Assembly: GCA_951406725.2 (NCBI GenBank)
Contig: OX597823.1
Location: forward strand, 93,868,001-93,932,000
Source: Octopus vulgaris
Lineage: Eukaryota
Direction of reading: 5' to 3'
Length of the DNA stretch: 64,000 nucleotides
Shown here: positions 24,841 through 39,129 of the stretch, in pieces
Layout: each line of letters opens with the position of its first letter
Numbering within the stretch: the first letter of the stretch is position 1
The notes under the pieces: generated by a model
What the model saw: the letters and a program-made list of their open reading frames with translations, nothing else
Database searches by the model: none
Told to the model about the DNA's origin: nothing
Position numbers and translations under genes: made by a program

Positions 24841-27179
24841 ATGTAAGTGACTAGATGTGTAACCTAGAAGTCACTAACCTTTCATGAAAGACCAGAGCTG
24901 AACAATAATTTATTGAACAATGAAGAGAATGTGACCAGAATTACTGTGAAAAGGTCTTTCACGTCGAACAAAATGGTTCTCATTACAACTGCAGACGAAA
25001 CTGTTCGAATCTTAACACAGCTGTTGTTGTTGTTCTTGTTCTTGTTGTCGTCGTCGTCGTCGTCGTTTGTTTTTATTGTTGTTTTAACTCTAGTTGTTGC
25101 TGTTGTTGTATGACCTCAGGTCAGTCCTGAAGGAGTAAGGCCTATGATCATTGGTGTTCTATCCGTAACCACCCAACCTTACAAGGAGGCTTACATTACC
25201 CAATGTGTCCTTAGTCGTTTTAAGACGCTGAAATAAGATTTGGAAGCAAATTTGACTGTTATTTCTGGTATATTTAGCGACAGGTATAAACTTCCTCTTC
25301 ATGTTTCGGCACCAAGAAAAGACAAGACGAGAAGCATTCAAAACTTGCCGCTCTCATTTATTTAGAAATATCTTGAATTACAATATTTAATGTAACCTTC
25401 CAATTTTTAAGCTGGTAGTATGGAATTTTACGGAAGGATTTTTGGGGTAGTTCTAACCGGAGCAGAACATTGTTTCTCATTCTGATTTGTACCAGCCCCG
25501 GAGGAGCTAAAATCTTTTCACTGAATGCTGGAAATGGTCTTGTGAAAAGAATTATATAGTTTTGATAAAATATCTGAAACCAAATAATGAATTTCGGCTG
25601 GAAAAGGCGTTCAAAGAAAGATATATACCAAGCAAACACACCGTAAATATTTTATTCACTTCAGCTGTTGCCCCCTTCGTCACCAGTCTCAGTTCTTCTA
25701 ATTTCTTTTGTGTTGCATCAATATTTCCCTTACCCCACACGAGGCACGGCTAAACATAATTCTACTTATGTACCTGTACTTGCGGCAGCATTTCAGTGGA
25801 AATACAAATTCACATGTGGTCCCCAGTCATATGCAGGCACATCTTGGGACAGCGTGATCCTTAGCAGCTCATCTTTGCCATCGAATGTCAATTGCCGCAG
25901 AGGATTTGATGACAAATTATTGGAGCACATGTAACCTTGACTTGAAGCGAGTTACAGACATATTTTAACAAAAAACTAAGATGTTGCCTGACTGGTTGTC
26001 TGGTTTCTACTCTTTCACACATCATATTTCCACTTTTAATACAATAAATTCCTTCGCCTCTCATATATATTAATCTCTCTAATAAAAATAATTATGCGCC
26101 TATTCTTTTTATAGAAAAATATACTCACCAAACATATTATATAACCATAAAGATGATTTCATTTGTAGATTTGTTTATAGAAGTAAATCCACAATGAAAG
26201 TTACCACTGATCATTGGTGTATAAGACACCAAGGTTGTCTTTCACCTCTGCATTAAGACAACCTTCACTTTTGCGAACGAGCACAATGGCGGATAGAAAT
26301 CCAACAATGTGCTACTGAAATTTAAGGCCTACGAGAGTTTTAAGAAACAGACTATGGGTGTTTGTAAGAAGCAAACATTATGTTGTTTAAGAAACAAAAT
26401 CCATTCATTTAAAACGTGGCAGACGAAATATATCGATCAAAAAGGAGGCTATCCTTCGCTTTCGAGTTTCATTTCAAATGTGGAATATTCGTAGCAAGGA
26501 GAACACCTTTATCCGTACACAGAGTCTATTGTCCTTCATACCGTACACCAAACAATGGTTGTCAGACTTTGTTCGCTTGATATGTGAGAACGAGTCTTTA
26601 AACAAGAAGTGGAAACAAGTATCTAATTCGTTATTCTTTCCAATAATGCCATGAGGGTCGAGTGGCTGAAATGAAAGAGGATGTTTTTGCCGAGAAACCA
26701 AATGAAATAAAATTACTTGTACATCACCGCAGCGTGGAAATGGATAAAACTAGTGACAGATGTAAAAGATATCAAGTGAATGTACTAGATTATTTTTGCA
26801 ATGCTCCACACAAACTACAACTGATTCGACCAAGAACTGAATTGAAGAATGGCTTTTAGTGATGCAATGAGTTACGTTAAATTTCAGCAGAACACAGCAC
26901 AAAAAAAACTTTGCATATATTAACTGAAGGAACCGGTATAACAAGATTCTAGACTTGATAACGAAAATAATTGAAAGCATTCAATGAAAATGACTTCAAA
27001 GTAGGAATTAACCCGTCCCAGAGTACTTAAATTTCTCTGAATATTACATTTGATTGAAAATAGGTTAAAATGAAAACAAAATAATTATTAAAACTCCTTT
27101 ACTTCAAGTAGAAATGGAAATACTCTGTGTCATATAAATAGAACACTGAGACAATGTAATATAGCTTATTCAATGTTTA

Positions 27180-28250
27180 CATTTAGTGTCCTATTCATAG
27201 GAGAGTAGGACTTAATGGCTTAACCTGGGTTTGTTTGGGTTTAGAAAAGATTTTTTATTAGTCTGAAGCGCGGTATGGTTCTAATACTTTAAGACGTTGT
27301 CAGACTGAAGTGAAGAATGAGTTGGTGAAGTGAACTCTTTTGCCATTCCTGTAGAAATCTTTTATAACAGAAATCTATGTGAAATTATGGGTGCAAAGTT
27401 ATCTCCCTCTAAATGGGCTTCGTTCAGGTAAGAAAGATTGAGGCAACATATTTAGTAGTGGCAGTGTACACACGTATAAATGAAGAGAAGCAGGTGAGAT
27501 GAATGAAATAAATTTCAGTTGGTGAAAGTATTGAAAAGCAATTTCAAAGGAGAAGGAGCCATTATGTTTGCAATGAGAAGAAATAGAGATATGACGGAGG
27601 TGTTGATAGTTTGGTAGTTCTGTTTAAATAAAGGCTTAGCATCGTTGACCTTTGTCAAATGTATCAAGAGGATTATTGAGAAAATTAATGCCATTCGAGT
27701 ATCATTCTCAACTTAATTAAACTGATAATGAAACAGACGACCGAATGTTGAAGGGTTAACGTGCAATCTATGGCAATATCGTTACATTATAATAACGAGA
27801 TTAAATCTTTGTTTCCTTAGCTTTGGATAAACAACACAACAGCCCAGCAATCATTACATGAAGTCAGGAGCGTCATTGTTGTTACAATAGCCCTATTAGA
27901 TTCTTGGAGTATTTAATGTACACCCAGCTGATCTATGGCTACCGAAGCCTATTCTCGAAGAACTGCATATTACAGATAAAGACGGCAAGCAATCAAGCAA
28001 TTCAATAGTGATTTCATTGAGGATTCTCTGCTAGATATCATGGCTGTTATTCTACTGATCCTAATAAAGTTGTTTCTCCAACCAGAATTTCTTTCATATG
28101 CATTATATTCATCAAAAATATTCCTTCTTTGAATGTGAATAAGTCATTTAAATATCTTAAGAACAAGTATTCCCATACATTCTTTTACGAATGTTTCACA
28201 GGGATAAACATTCAAACAATTAAGTAAATAGAAAGAAAGGAATGCATTCT
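27180..28250 (-). pseudogene. Highly decayed PLE-type RT remnant
   Basis: Correctly ordered degenerate motifs on the minus strand resembling FYPSI, MGS.DGAE, GLYRDD and FLD..L..YKP..K.N; many stops. Confidence 0.4.
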
Positions 28251-28321
28251 CTTCAACTAATTATCGCAAAAAATATACTCCGAGAATATTTAACCGCCTA
28301 ATATATGTATTGTATAAACAT

Positions 28322-28725
28322 GGGCGCAGGCATTGCTGGGCAGTAAGAAGTTTGCTTCCCAACCACGTGGTTCTGGATTCATTCTTGCTGAGTGGTATCT
28401 TGGGCAATTGTCTTCCTTCCACTATAGCTCTGGGTCCATCAAAACCAAATGAGTGGTAGACAGAAACTGAAAGAAGCCTGTCGTATATATACGTGTGTGT
28501 GTGTGTCTTATGCGTGTGTTTGCCCCCCACCACCACCACCACCACCACCACCACCGCTTGACAAGTGGTATACAAGTAGTATTGGTATGTTTACGTCCTT
28601 GCCACTTAACGGTTCAACAAAACAAGGCAATAGAATGGAGACAGGGGTCGATTCCTTTTGCTAAAGATTCTTCAAAGCGTTGCGCCAACATGACCGCAGT
28701 CAAATGATTGAAGCGAAAACTACAA
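28322..28725 (+). mobile_element. SINE family A
   Basis: 'gggcgcaggc..gtaagaagtttgcttcccaaccac..ttgggcaa..gaaactgaaagaagcc'. Confidence 0.8.
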
Positions 28726-30010
28726 TAAAGACAGATGAAACGTGATAAATGAATTCATAATTCTGAGGTCAGCATGGATAGCAATAGAAAATGGTAAAAA
28801 TGCGAAACCACTTTTAGTCAGCATCGACCGAACTCAGTTAAGAAACTTGACTAATTTGATCAAGTTTGATTTTTCCGGACAGGATATAAGCGAGGTTGAA
28901 TGTTTGCATCATATTGAATATGGCATGGATGATTCGAAATGCTGGAATAACGTGTACGAGGATTTTTGTCACACGTTGATAAGAAAATACTAAATATTAC
29001 AGCAGGTGGATCAACTGACAAAGAACAAAAATAAAATTATCTGACGAAAAACAACAACGGAAATAGTTGAGAAAGTAAGAATATTAATGACAGATATACT
29101 GACAAACTGACACTCTGCCGGTTAAGATAATGTGATCTTCTTGAAATTAGATCTTGCATGTGGCCGAGCCCTGCCCAAATATGCATACCCTCAACGTAGT
29201 TCTCAAGGAGATTTAGTGTGACACATAATGTGAGAGGGGTGGCCCTTTGAATCCTAGTTACAACTCAATATTTCTAGCTGAATGAACTGGAGCAACGGGA
29301 AATAAATTGTCTTGTCCAAGTGCATAACTCTCCACCCTGATTCCCACTCACGATCCCCAGCCGAATATCCTACCCACCAAACGACGTGCCTACACTGACG
29401 AGCAACACTAACAACAGACTCAACTTCAACACGAAAAATATCAAAACTTCCCAACTGACTTAATGGGGATTCTAGAAAGGGTCCAAGACAGGCTGATAAA
29501 ATATTGAAACACCAGAAATTTCAAAATCATTTCAGCCATTCTGATTGAGTGAAATTAAGTTAGTTTAAAGAAATTGGTTTTCGATAACTCATCATCCCGT
29601 TTAACATCAGCTATCAAGAGTGTATGACTTGTTCACGGGGACAAGAAGGAATTAACAAAGGCAACATAATGACTAATTGCCATGGAAACAACAGTTACAT
29701 CCTAATTCATTATTCGTAATTACAACGTAATAAATTACTGCTTTTTCCGTGTGCCCCATGATTAAGATTGTCAAAAGATGTATTCGTAATAGGTCAAGGT
29801 GAGCCGTAAAACTACAAGTGAGAGATCAAACTGCCTTGCGATTTAATTACTCCCCCTCCTCCAACAATTAATTAAGAAGTTCCCGTTAGTGTCATTTAAC
29901 CCCAAATCAACCCCAATCCACCTGATATACAATCAAATCAATTCCAACCATAAACATCCTATGTTTATTACCAGACATTTTTAGTTCATTAATATTTGTT
30001 GCACCCCCGA

Positions 30011-30570
30011 AGCGGTGAGCTTGCAGAATCGTCAGAGCATCGAAAGAAAATTCTTTACGCCATATCGTCCGAGTTTTTACGTCCTGAGTTCAAATTCCGC
30101 CGAGGTCGACTTTGCTTTTCATACTTTCGAAGACGATAAAATAAGTACGAGCTACGTACTGAGGAAAATATTGCTGGCCTTGTGTCAAACCCTGAACCCA
30201 TTATATACTGTAACCTAAGACGACAAGTTAGCAGAATCGATAGAGCGCCAGAAAATTCTTTGCGGTACTTCTTGCGTCAGAGTTCAAATCCCAATTTTGT
30301 CTATGTCGATAAAATAAAATATAAACATTTTAATGTTAGAAACAGTTAATGTACCCTACGGTGTGACGCTGGCAAATTCTTTAAAGCATTGAACAGAACA
30401 TCTTGCATTTTTTTCAGCTCTTTACATTTTCAGATCAATTACCACCGAGGTCATTTTTATCTTTCATCCTTCTAAGGTCGATAATATAATGTCCGAATGA
30501 ACAACTAGGAGCAAATGTATTAAGTAACATCACTCCCTTCAAATTGGCGTGCCTTGTGCCTACATGAGGA
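30011..30570 (+). mobile_element. Cluster of three diverged SINE family B copies
   Basis: Repeated 'gcagaatcg..gagttcaaat..gtcgat' heads at ~30011, ~30220 and ~30360. Confidence 0.65.
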
Positions 30571-32253
30571 ACCATTATTTAATTATCCTTTTCTTTCAAG
30601 GACACTGGTATTCAAACTAAGCGAAATGTAGGCGGTGATTTATTGCCTGGTGTTGATGTTGAGGAGTCGATCTAATTGTAATCATCTGGTGAACGCTTGA
30701 GATAAAGGATTGCATTATCCCTGCATTCTTCTTTCACTGAAGATTATAGATTGTGATTTAAGGGAGAACATATATTGTAGTTCTAACAATTACTGCAAAT
30801 CAGGTATCTTTTAGAACAGTCCATTCTTTACTGACATCATGAAAAGAACATTGAAGCCACAGTTAATTACTTAACTAATCAATTAAGTAGTAGTAATAAA
30901 AATGATAACAATAGTAATCATTTCCACTAATATCACAAGGCCTGAAATTTAAGGCGGGGAGACAAGTCGATTACATCGGCCCCCAGCTTTCCAAATCGCC
31001 ACTCATACTTTAACTTATCGTCCTCTGAAATCTATTTTTCTCGATACTTTTTTCCTGATTTCATTTCATTTCCTCTAATGGATTTCTTCAGAGCAACAAG
31101 CCACCCGTTCAATCGCTGTTGGCTTTACTCAACCGAGAAACAAGGCGTTCATCTTTATCTATTATCTGAATTAGATCAACATTACTCAATGCATTTACCT
31201 CATGTCTACACTAACGAATTTTAAAAATGCCTTCTACATCCGCTTGACAACTGGATCTGAATGAGTATGAGCGGGTTTGCGAGTGATTTTAAACTTAGTT
31301 ATCTTCCTGAAGGATGCTTCGAGAAGACAGAGGAAAAATGGTCGCTCTGTTCTGTTGAAGACATAAATGACCACAAGCCTTAAAACACCATACTGGTCTC
31401 TGTCCACTAGCAAAATATTTCTATGAGGCTTCCAGAATATCACTAAAACCTTAAGATCCCAATCTTTTCATAATGATAAAAGTTAAAAATAATAGCTTCA
31501 AATTTTGGCACAATTCCAGCCCTTTCAAGGATCGGGCGACTACAGTGACAAACTACTCGAGAGAAGGAAATCCTGGAAATACGAATAGATGAAGCGGAAT
31601 TTGAACCGAGAACGTAAAAAGACCGGAAGAAATACCGCTTCGCATTTAGACCGGCACGATAACCATTCTCCCGGCTCTCCGCTTCAGTTAAACAACAAAA
31701 AAATGATGTAAAAGAAAAAAGAAATAAATGAAAACTTCTTAGGTTATGTTTCTGTTTTAAGAATTCTTTCTTTTACTTGTAGAACTTCAAAATTTTGGTA
31801 AAAGAATTAATTCTTTTTTACAAATATTGTTATTTCCAACTCAACATTATAAGAATCAATGAAAGCGATATTGGCTTTCCGTCATGCCTTGATATCAACA
31901 TCTTGTCATATCTTTAAGAGGCAGCTGTTGTTGACTTGTTGCTAAAGAAGCTGTCTTCTAAGTTTTCCGAGTTTGTCATCAGGTAAATATAGTTGTGCTC
32001 GTAAAGAATTTAGAGATAAACGCATACACATAACTTACACACACATATATACACATGCATACATACATACATACTTGCACGCATACATACAAACCTAAGC
32101 GACACATATGTAAGTAAATAGAAAGAAGCAAGCACATTTTCATACATGCAAATACATATTTTATTGTATATATGCGTACACAGTGTTAAGAGATATACGT
32201 ATATAATTCTATACAATCCTCAAAAATTATTAGTATACTATATAAACATTATA

Positions 32254-32645
32254 GGCGCGGATGTGGATGTGTGGTGAGAAGATTATTTCTTAACTAAATG
32301 GGTTTAGGTTCAGTCTCTCTGCGCAACATCTTGGGCAAGTCTCTTCTGCTGTAGCCCGGGTCGACGAAACTCCTGTGATTGGATTTAGTAGAAGGAAACT
32401 GAAAGAAGACCGTCATATATATTTATGTATATATATCTATATATGTGTGTCTTTGTCTTTGTATTTCTTCTTAAGCAATGCTTGACACATGGTGTTGGTT
32501 TCCTTACGATCCCGTAACTTAGTGATTCAGCAAAACATACCGATAGAATAACAACCAGGGATGGGCTGGTTGATTTACTTGACTAAATACTGCAAGGCAG
32601 TCTCCTAGCGTAGCCGGAGTTTACTGACTGAAACGTATAAAAGAG
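32254..32645 (+). mobile_element. SINE family A
   Basis: 'ggcgcggatgtggatgtgtggt..ggttcagtc..ttgggcaagt..gaaactgaaagaag'. Confidence 0.8.
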
Positions 32646-32696
32646 AAAGGCACATACATATGTATACCCATGTACATATGTATGCACACTTGTGTA

Positions 32697-32777
<81 letters not shown>

Positions 32778-33034
32778 TATTATTATTATTATTTGAGGGA
32801 ATATTATTCCTAACTTACAGTGAAAAATTCAATTTAGAAATACAATATGAAATTTCACAAAATATAATATATATATATGAATTAGAAAAGCACACCTCTT
32901 ATTAATTCAAAATAAACAATTAAATTACACCATCTAGAAAATTACATATAATAGAAATATTAAAAATTAAAATAACAATAATATACTGAAGATTAAGTAA
33001 ATTGCAAAATAATAATAATAACGTATATATTTGG

Positions 33035-33085
<51 letters not shown>

Positions 33086-33322
33086 AAATATATATGTTTT
33101 TATTATTTCTTGGTGTGTTGAATTATTTCTTGAGAACAATTCTTAGTGGTGGATTCCCTTTGCGGATATATATCTAGCGTAAGAGCGTCCACATAGTGGA
33201 TTCTCTCTTATAGTTGTGTATTAATAATATTTACTGAATCTCAGTCTTTTATACGCTAGGCCACTTGGTGTTTAAATTGGTGTTATTAAATTAATATCCA
33301 ATTTTTTCACCCTTATTTTGAC

Positions 33323-33383
<61 letters not shown>

Positions 33384-34184
33384 GCTTCTTTCTGGGCATA
33401 TGGTAATTTAAACATTACATACATTGCTGAGGTTGTGACGACAAAAATTACTATTAAAATTATACGATTTAAATTTGTTTCGATGAATTATTTAAACTTC
33501 ATTCTTTATTCCGACAAACATTCCCACTTCCAGCTGCAGCAATTTCTGCAAATTTATCATATTTCCACACCTTACACCATGTACACTAGCTTTCGCTTCA
33601 TTTTATTTTAATCGCATTCTGTTTCATCCTACACCATTTTTGATTGTTCTGTTCTCTTTTTATCTTCCTCAATTATTTTCATACCTTTTATTTTATTTCT
33701 TTTTAAATTAATTCCTTTTCAAACAAATCCATCAGTAAATGTTAATGGAAATTATATTCTGTGACTCACAAAATGGGAAATACCGAATCCCACAATCGTA
33801 GGATGTGGGTTACCTTTGATCTGTTCATCTTCTCAGAGCTTCATTTCTGATATTAACGTCAACCGTCCTCTTTTTACACCATCGTCAATTTTAATGATAG
33901 CGTGTCAGTCGTAAGTCGTATTTCGAATTCTAGCCATAAATATATTGATCTCTGTCAGTAGGAAACGATTGGAACTATTGAAATACCAACATTTCTAATA
34001 AAAGGAATAGTTTATCCAAAACTCCGGCGTTGATTACTTATCCTTCCGTTTCGATAACTTACGTATATGTAAGCTATTTACATGTATGCGTGTATATGTG
34101 AGTGTGTGTAGGCGTGTTAGGTGCATACAGACAGTTAGACAAATACACAGGCGCATATGAACACACACACACTCACACAAACAG

Positions 34185-34196
34185 ACAGACAGACAT

Positions 34197-34291
<95 letters not shown>

Positions 34292-34444
34292 TATAGATAA
34301 ATAGATAGATAGATAAATAGATATATAGAGAAATAGATAGATAGATAAATAGATAGATAGATAAACAGATAGATAGATAAACAGATAGATAGACAAACAG
34401 ATAGATAGATAAACAGATAAAGAGATAGATATATAGATAGATAA

Positions 34445-34475
<31 letters not shown>

Positions 34476-34478
34476 TAC

Positions 34479-34524
<46 letters not shown>
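34185..34524. repeat. Imperfect (GATA)n microsatellite
   Basis: Directly visible. Confidence 0.95.
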
Positions 34525-34525
<1 letters not shown>

Positions 34526-34899
34526 ATTTAGATCGGTCAACTGTAAACAATCCTGGCTGAAACGCTGGTTTGGGTTTTAGCCATCTTTTGTTCCAGTTGA
34601 CCAAATTTAATAAAGTATTTCCTACACACATCTTAGTTTGTGTCACTCAAACAAGGAAAATATAAAAGAAGTTATGAATGAAGAATGGGCTGCTGGTGCA
34701 GAGTTCAGACGTAGTGTTCCGTAAACAATAGGCAAGTCTTTGCTTGGATTTGTAGCTTTTAAAATATTTTGCATTATAAAGTTTTGGTCAAGATTTTCAG
34801 ACACCATGAAATAAGTTTAGTGTCTTAGAGTACCATATGATGGCTTCTGAAATATATTTTACATATTGGTTTTATTGATTGATTGGGAGTAAGAGGCTG

Positions 34900-35300
34900 A
34901 AATGGATACTAGATATAGAGATACTGCCAGGAGTAATGCGCAAACTTCAACGTTCGATCCTCAGAAGCGTAGGAGTAGGTAAAAGAGCCAAATCGTGCTA
35001 CCTCCAAGTCCGTTTGCATATCTCCCCCTCTTGTGGTCCTGAATTTTGGGTAATGAGTAAAAGACGATGATTGTGAGTACAAGAAGTCGAAATGGGGGTC
35101 GTTCGAAGGATTTCTGGGTTAATGTTACTTGACAGGATGTGTAGCATGGAGATCGGGGAACCTCTCCAGGTTGAGCTGTTCCTTCTTCGCATTGAGAGGT
35201 CACAATTCCGCTCCTCGTGTTATGTTATTAGAATGTCAGAGGAAAGAATCGAATGACGGATCATTCAAGCCGATCCATCCGACAGGGTACCTCAGAGTAG
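34900..35300 (+). pseudogene. Decayed RTE-type LINE 3' fragment
   Basis: Degenerate 'CGPEFWV..VQEVEM..RRISG..LLDR' resembling YGxExW..QAxEMxFLRRIxG. Confidence 0.55.
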
Positions 35301-35949
35301 ACCAAAATCGAAATGATTGATAATGGGAATCTTCTCAGCTTTTAACACTCTGGAATCTAACAGGAAAGTATAATGATGCTTGTCTTATGAAATAACTCTC
35401 CCAAGAATAGGGGCGGAGAAAAGGAATGCATCGAGGGATATCAATGGAGTTATTAATAAGAGTAAATGAGTGACAGTGGTTTTCTGTTAAAAATGGACTT
35501 GAAAGTCGATGTTAAATAAAAACGGATCATAAGTTATCAGTTATAGACTGATAGAATGTACAGGAGTAGAATGTACAGGAGTCATACTTTTCGATGTAAA
35601 AATATTAGAATATTGATGAAATTCAATACCAATTCCAAAATTATACTCAAAACTCAAAATTTTAAATGCTAAAGATAAATTTTAAATTCAGAAGTTAAAA
35701 TCTTTAAATTAATTTTAAAATTTAAAATTAAAATTCTAAAAGGAACAATCTTAAAATTCAAAACGGACCACCGACGGGGATATTCGAATAGGGGCATAGC
35801 GAAAAATCGTTTAGATATGAATTATCTGAAAATTAACGAATTTGCAAAGATTATGAAAAATGTTAGTTTTTTTAATGATGTATGATTATTTCTTCAAATA
35901 AAAATCCTTATTAGAAAAAGTTTATAATATAGGTGAAAGCATATATAGT

Positions 35950-36360
35950 AGAATAAAATATTGGTTTCGAATATAGGCACGAGTCCAGCATTTTCCAAGA
36001 AGTGGGTAAATCGATTAGATCGATCCCAGGGTTCAGGTGGTACTTTTCTTATCGACCTCGAAAGGATGAAAGACAAGATCGACGACGGAGGAATTTGAAC
36101 TCAGAACGTATAGGCAAACTAAATGCCACTAAGTATTTTGTCGGTCGTGCTAACGATTCTGCCGTGGATTAAAATATCGGTATCACCATTTTATATCGGT
36201 TTTAGTTTTTTGCACAAGATGAGCAAGTTCGGATTACATCAACACCAATATTCAGCTGGTACTAATTTTATCGGCTCCGACCATAACTTATTATAATGAC
36301 AAACAATATGTCGCTAAGCATTTAACACGGCGGAATAACGATTCTGCTAGCTTGCCGCCT
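35950..36360 (-). mobile_element. Two adjacent SINE family B copies
   Basis: 'gaaaggatgaaag..ggaatttgaactcagaacg' and two 'aacgattctgc' heads. Confidence 0.7.
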
Positions 36361-36465
36361 TACGTCATAGAAAAATTTTGAATTAGAAAAATATACTTGA
36401 TGTGACAATTTGAACTTCCTTTCAATAGGTTCGGGATATAGGCGATGTAATTCAGTCTTACATTA

Positions 36466-36529
<64 letters not shown>

Positions 36530-36648
36530 AAAAGATAGAGACAGACAGACAAACAGACAGAAAGACAAACATACTCATATGCATATCTAACTCTATGTAT
36601 GTATACATCAAAATGCGAAATACATGTACTTATATATATATACATATA

Positions 36649-36704
<56 letters not shown>

Positions 36705-36978
36705 CATACATACGTATGTATGCATATACAAATATGAGTGTTCGGGGTACGAGTGTTCATTTATAAAGTTTGCGTAAAAGGAACAACTGAAGATTGAATA
36801 TCTGGGAACGACTCCAATGAAGATGCTTCCACCTCTTAGAAACAAATTATTAAGAAAAGGAAATATTAAGAAAAAAGACCAATAAAATGAGACAAATTTT
36901 TTTAACGAAGTCGTGTTTTCTGTACAACGTACTTAAAAGGGAAAACAGGAAATCTACCAAAACTTACACACACACACA

Positions 36979-37031
<53 letters not shown>

Positions 37032-39129
37032 GTTATCTCATTTATGTATAGGAAGAATATCCTCTCAGCTATTCAATCTTACTCTATATCTCGGGAACCT
37101 TTAACACAATCGTTATAAAGCAACTCTCAATCCACTCTTCAGATTTGATACAAAAAACATACATATGTATACATGTGTGTGTGTGTGACTGTGTACATAC
37201 GTATATACATACATACATATACACACACACACGCATATATATATGCCCCTCTTTTCTTTCACCTTTCTTATTTTCTTTTTACGAGATGCAAATTCTATTT
37301 TCTACACCTTCGAATAATTTGCATTTATCCCTTTTTACATACATTTTATTCGTTGATTTCGTTTTTGTTTTGTGTTTCAGTCAATTTTATTCAGTTGAAC
37401 TCTTTTCTGGCATTCCCATCAGATTGAATGATGGAGTAGAAAATATGCATTTATAAATATTTCATCATTATCTTTCATATTAAGTTCACACAAAAATTTA
37501 ATAAAATATAGTAAAAGAACAGAAAAGAGCCAAAGATCTTTATTTATCCTCCCCTCCTCTACATAGATGCCACCGAATTAACCAAATTTTTTTTCTCATT
37601 CCCTTTGAATATTCTATATTTTCTACTGCACCAGAATCAAACGAAGAAAGTATTGAGAAAAAAAAATTACTGCAGAAACTTAACAGTAATAACTATGGTT
37701 TAAACCCGTCGAGATTTGAAATCAAAACTTAATGAGTTCTTTTATTATTTTTCTTGGGTCCTGAAACTTATATGGACAGTTTCCCGGTTTCCATGTCGAA
37801 CTACTGTCCAAGATCACAACCTGTCTCTGAACGGGACGCAGGTCCGATGCGGGGTTCAAAGTCATTAGTTTTGAAAAGAGGGGACAAGTCAACCACATTG
37901 ACCACAGTGCTGGACGTGTACTTCATTCTATCGACTCTAGATGGGTTGAAAGGCAAAGCTGAACTCGGTGGGATCTGAACTGGGGATGAAAAGAGTCGAA
38001 ACAAATACCGGTAAGCACTCTATCGGACGTTGCCAATAAACCTGCAATCTCGCAGCCTTACGTACTAAACTCTATTACTATAAAAAAATAAATGCGTTTT
38101 CAATTTCGACGGGTTTTCCTCACTATCTTTCATACAATAAATGTCTAGGTTAGTAAATTAGCGGAGAAATTCTCATGCAGTAATTCTTTCGGCTTTTCCT
38201 TAGTGTGATTATCTCTGACAAACCGATTCAAAGCCACCACATACATGTGTGTGTGTTTGCAGAGACTCACAGAACATATATAAATCTACATTTCACGACT
38301 ATGAAAGATTATCAGTAATGCATTGACCAATTTCTTAGAAATTGTTAGAATTTCTTAGAACGCCAATCACAAATGTTCTGTGGAATATTTCTGAGATTTC
38401 TTTTTACATTTCAGGTTCAATCCACTCTGACATCTAATTGATAAAACTGAAATAATTTTCACTCCGATAACGCGGTTTGATATAATCGATTATACCTTAC
38501 ACCGCATAAAAAAGTATGTTTGTGCCTCGGTAAAAAGTAAGAGTTGCCCCGTGTCCTAAAACTCAAGGGGCCAGTTTTCCCGTTTTCATGAATGACAAAA
38601 ATCCCAACATTGTCTATGAACGTGATGCCAGTCCGTCGCAGAGAAGCGTGAAATGAAGTGTTTCGCTCAAGAACATTATGCCCCGCCCGGTCCGGCAATC
38701 GAAACCGTGAGCTGTGATCGTGAGTACTACAGCCTAACCACAAGGTCATACACCTTCACTGAGCCTCGGAAAGAAGTCAATATTCATCAAATATGAATTC
38801 AACTGGTGCAAATATGGTCTTGATGTCACACAAATGGCTGAAATAGGTTATGTGGAATTTCAGTAGATCTTAAGCCAAAAGCCCCTTTAATCTACTTTCA
38901 TCTTCATGTTATCTTTAATCTTTGACCTTTTCCTCTAATCGCTCATTAGACTATGGCCACACTGGAACACCGCTTTGAAAAATTTTTAGTCGAACGAATC
39001 TTCTGCAGTAAGGTATTTTAGCCAGGTAATTAATAAATATTTTAGTCGAGTAATTAATCAATAATTTTCTTTTGCCGAAACTCAACGTTACGGAGACGTA
39101 AATTCATCAACACTGATTGTGTATATGGA

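Noticed and set aside
31180-31443. hAT transposase C-terminal remnant
   Set aside because: Only vague resemblance; no diagnostic motif intact.
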